From Patescibacteria group bacterium (GTDB taxonomy: Bacteria > Patescibacteriota > Minisyncoccia > Phycocordibacterales > JBBUBG01): a stretch of DNA of 55,371 bases. The DNA is taken from the NCBI GenBank assembly GCA_040384765.1, contig JAZKIQ010000001.1, positions 67,246 through 122,616 on the forward strand, given 5' to 3'. This document shows positions 54,299 through 55,371 of the stretch, piece by piece. The position numbers and the translations under genes were made by a program. Each line of letters starts with the position of its first letter. The stretch's first letter is position 1. The notes beneath the pieces are model-generated. The model had not been told where the DNA came from, ran no database searches, and saw nothing but the letters and a program-made list of their open reading frames with translations.

Positions 54299-54643
54299 AT
54301 GGAACAGATGATCCTGGAAAACGGCCGCTCACTGCTCGTCGCGCCTGCATCGGACCCCTTGCTTGGGGACAAGATCTGGCGCCACCTGATGAGGGAGGCG
54401 AGACCGCCCAGGACGCCCGTGGGCTATCGGCTGGTTCGCATCGACGGCGAACTGCACGCCCGGGGTACCGTCATCCGCGACGGCAAGGCCATTCCGATGT
54501 ACGTCATCGTGCATTCGGAAGGTCAGGGGATGAAGAAGATCACGCGCGCTCGCGTGATCATCGGCACGCATACTCATCTGGAGCTGCGTGCACACCGCCA
54601 CGGCAAGGAAGCCGACCAGCACCTCCGCCGGTTCGCCAACTAG
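54299..54643 (+). CDS. hypothetical protein (solitary gene rich in G/C-ending codons)
   Basis: ATG at 54299 follows GGAGA. The 114-aa ORF has its own terminator. I recognise no motif. Confidence 0.5.
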   Translation: MEQMILENGRSLLVAPASDPLLGDKIWRHLMREARPPRTPVGYRLVRIDGELHARGTVIRDGKAIPMYVIVHSEGQGMKKITRARVIIGTHTHLELRAHRHGKEADQHLRRFAN

Positions 54644-54677
54644 CCACTCGTAGGTAGTTCGGGGGATACGAGTTCCG

Positions 54678-54714
54678 GGGCCCAGGCAAACAGCAGTACG
54701 CCTGGGCCCTTTTT
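54678..54714 (+). terminator. Rho-independent terminator
   Basis: GGGCCCAGGC-(12-nt loop)-GCCTGGGCCC followed by TTTTT. Confidence 0.8.
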
Positions 54715-54840
54715 CATTTCTGAGCTATAGCCCTTCTTTTTGACATGCTTTGTGGTAAAATTGGTATTTATTGCCTAGCAAAGCGAGAGTCGCGAAAGTG
54801 TATTCACTTTCATGACCGAGCAAGCGACGGCAAAAAGGCT

Positions 54841-54933
54841 TGAATACCCCGCCGCAACGCGGCGGGTCCCTCTGGCGGTCCTCCCGCCAGAGGGACCCGG
54901 GCCTGCCATATATGGCAGGCCCGGGGTGAATAC
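54841..54933. mobile_element. 79-nt triple-hairpin palindromic element flanked by a 7-bp direct repeat TGAATAC (MITE/REP-like)
   Basis: The three hairpins are CCCGCCGC-AAC-GCGGCGGG, GTCCCTCTGGCGG-TCCTC-CCGCCAGAGGGAC and the 28-nt perfect palindrome CCGGGCCTGCCATATATGGCAGGCCCGG. TGAATAC occurs at 54841-54847 and 54927-54933. Confidence 0.5.
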
Positions 54934-54942
54934 AACTTATAT

Positions 54943-55371
54943 ATGAAATCTCAAGAAAAAACGATAGAAGGGAACCTGAAAATAACCTCGAAAGGGAGCG
55001 GATTTGTAAGCCTCGATCCGGTGAAAAATCCTGATGGCTCCATCACCCCTCCCAATCCAGACGACTCTATTTTCATCTGGAGCGAGAATCTGAACACCGG
55101 CATTCACCTCGACCGCGTGCGCATAGAGATGCTCCCGCCAAACCCACGCTTCCCCGGTCGAAAGGAGGGCAAGATTCTGGCGATTCTCACGCGTACAAAG
55201 CCAGAGTGGGTCGGCACCGTACAGATGGCTAACAAAAACCGCTTTGTGCTGCCCGGAGACGCCCGTATGTACCGAGATATTTTTGTAGCACCCGAGAATG
55301 CAAACAACGCAACAACGGGCGACAAGGTGGCAGTAAAAATTACCCACTGGTCCGACCCGACACGCAACCCC
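54943..55371 (+). CDS. rnr: ribonuclease R, N-terminal part (continues beyond the window)
   Basis: The frame is open to the window end. GNLKITSKGSGFVSLDP...DDSIFIWSENLNTGIHLDRVRIEML...GRKEGKILAILTRTKPEWVGTV...FVLPGDARMYRDIFV...GDKVAVKITHW matches the RNase R/VacB N-terminal OB layout. Confidence 0.65.
   Translation, partial: MKSQEKTIEGNLKITSKGSGFVSLDPVKNPDGSITPPNPDDSIFIWSENLNTGIHLDRVRIEMLPPNPRFPGRKEGKILAILTRTKPEWVGTVQMANKNRFVLPGDARMYRDIFVAPENANNATTGDKVAVKITHWSDPTRNP

Noticed and set aside
54937-55367. Minus-strand ORFs of 136 and 87 aa at the window end.
   Set aside because: They are antisense to a plus-strand frame open to the window edge, whose translation matches the RNase R N-terminus.

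Overview
This 55.4-kb window looks like part of a small-genome bacterium. Several traits resemble Candidate Phyla Radiation/Patescibacteria genomes: PheS lacks its N-terminal domain, EF-Ts is short, several housekeeping proteins carry inserts, and there is a giant surface protein with an N-terminal HTH. That placement is inference only.

Core genes:
- 1-22.5 kb (mostly minus strand): tgt, gyrB, pheT, pheS, tRNA-Thr, tsf, rpsB, prfA, rpmE, an SLT-type murein hydrolase, rplY and ychF.
- 44-55 kb: ppa, three tRNA-Ala isoacceptors (GGC, CGC, UGC), a Nudix hydrolase, pyrG, an L,D-transpeptidase/DD-carboxypeptidase fusion, a histidine kinase, ddl and the 5' end of rnr.
- The first 4.9 kb is one open minus-strand frame. 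It is missing from the ORF track because its stop lies off-window. It encodes a giant repeat protein.

Accessory block: about 21 kb (roughly 22.5-43.9 kb) sits directly upstream of ychF. It carries:
- a large serine recombinase whose ORF runs into ychF, plus two truncated resolvase-domain genes;
- a SymE/AbrB-like gene;
- a 1.1-kb ORF-poor spacer;
- a GmrSD type IV restriction gene, a membrane-tethered HNH nuclease and two membrane proteins;
- a five-gene translationally coupled operon (mod, HEPN-motif ORF, res, 66-aa ORF, Rad50-like CPVC zinc-hook ATPase). This is my best candidate for an undescribed composite defence system.

Other notable signals:
- an NlpC/P60-like domain with Cys replaced by Ser, inserted in the B5 domain of PheT;
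- tRNA-fragment scars and acceptor-stem-mimicking hairpins beside every tRNA gene;
- a 79-nt triple-hairpin element with a 7-bp target-site duplication upstream of rnr;
- five solitary small genes rich in G/C-ending codons, most with their own terminator.

No rRNA gene, CRISPR array or reverse transcriptase was seen. All functional calls rest on motifs I could read in the translations. No database search was run.
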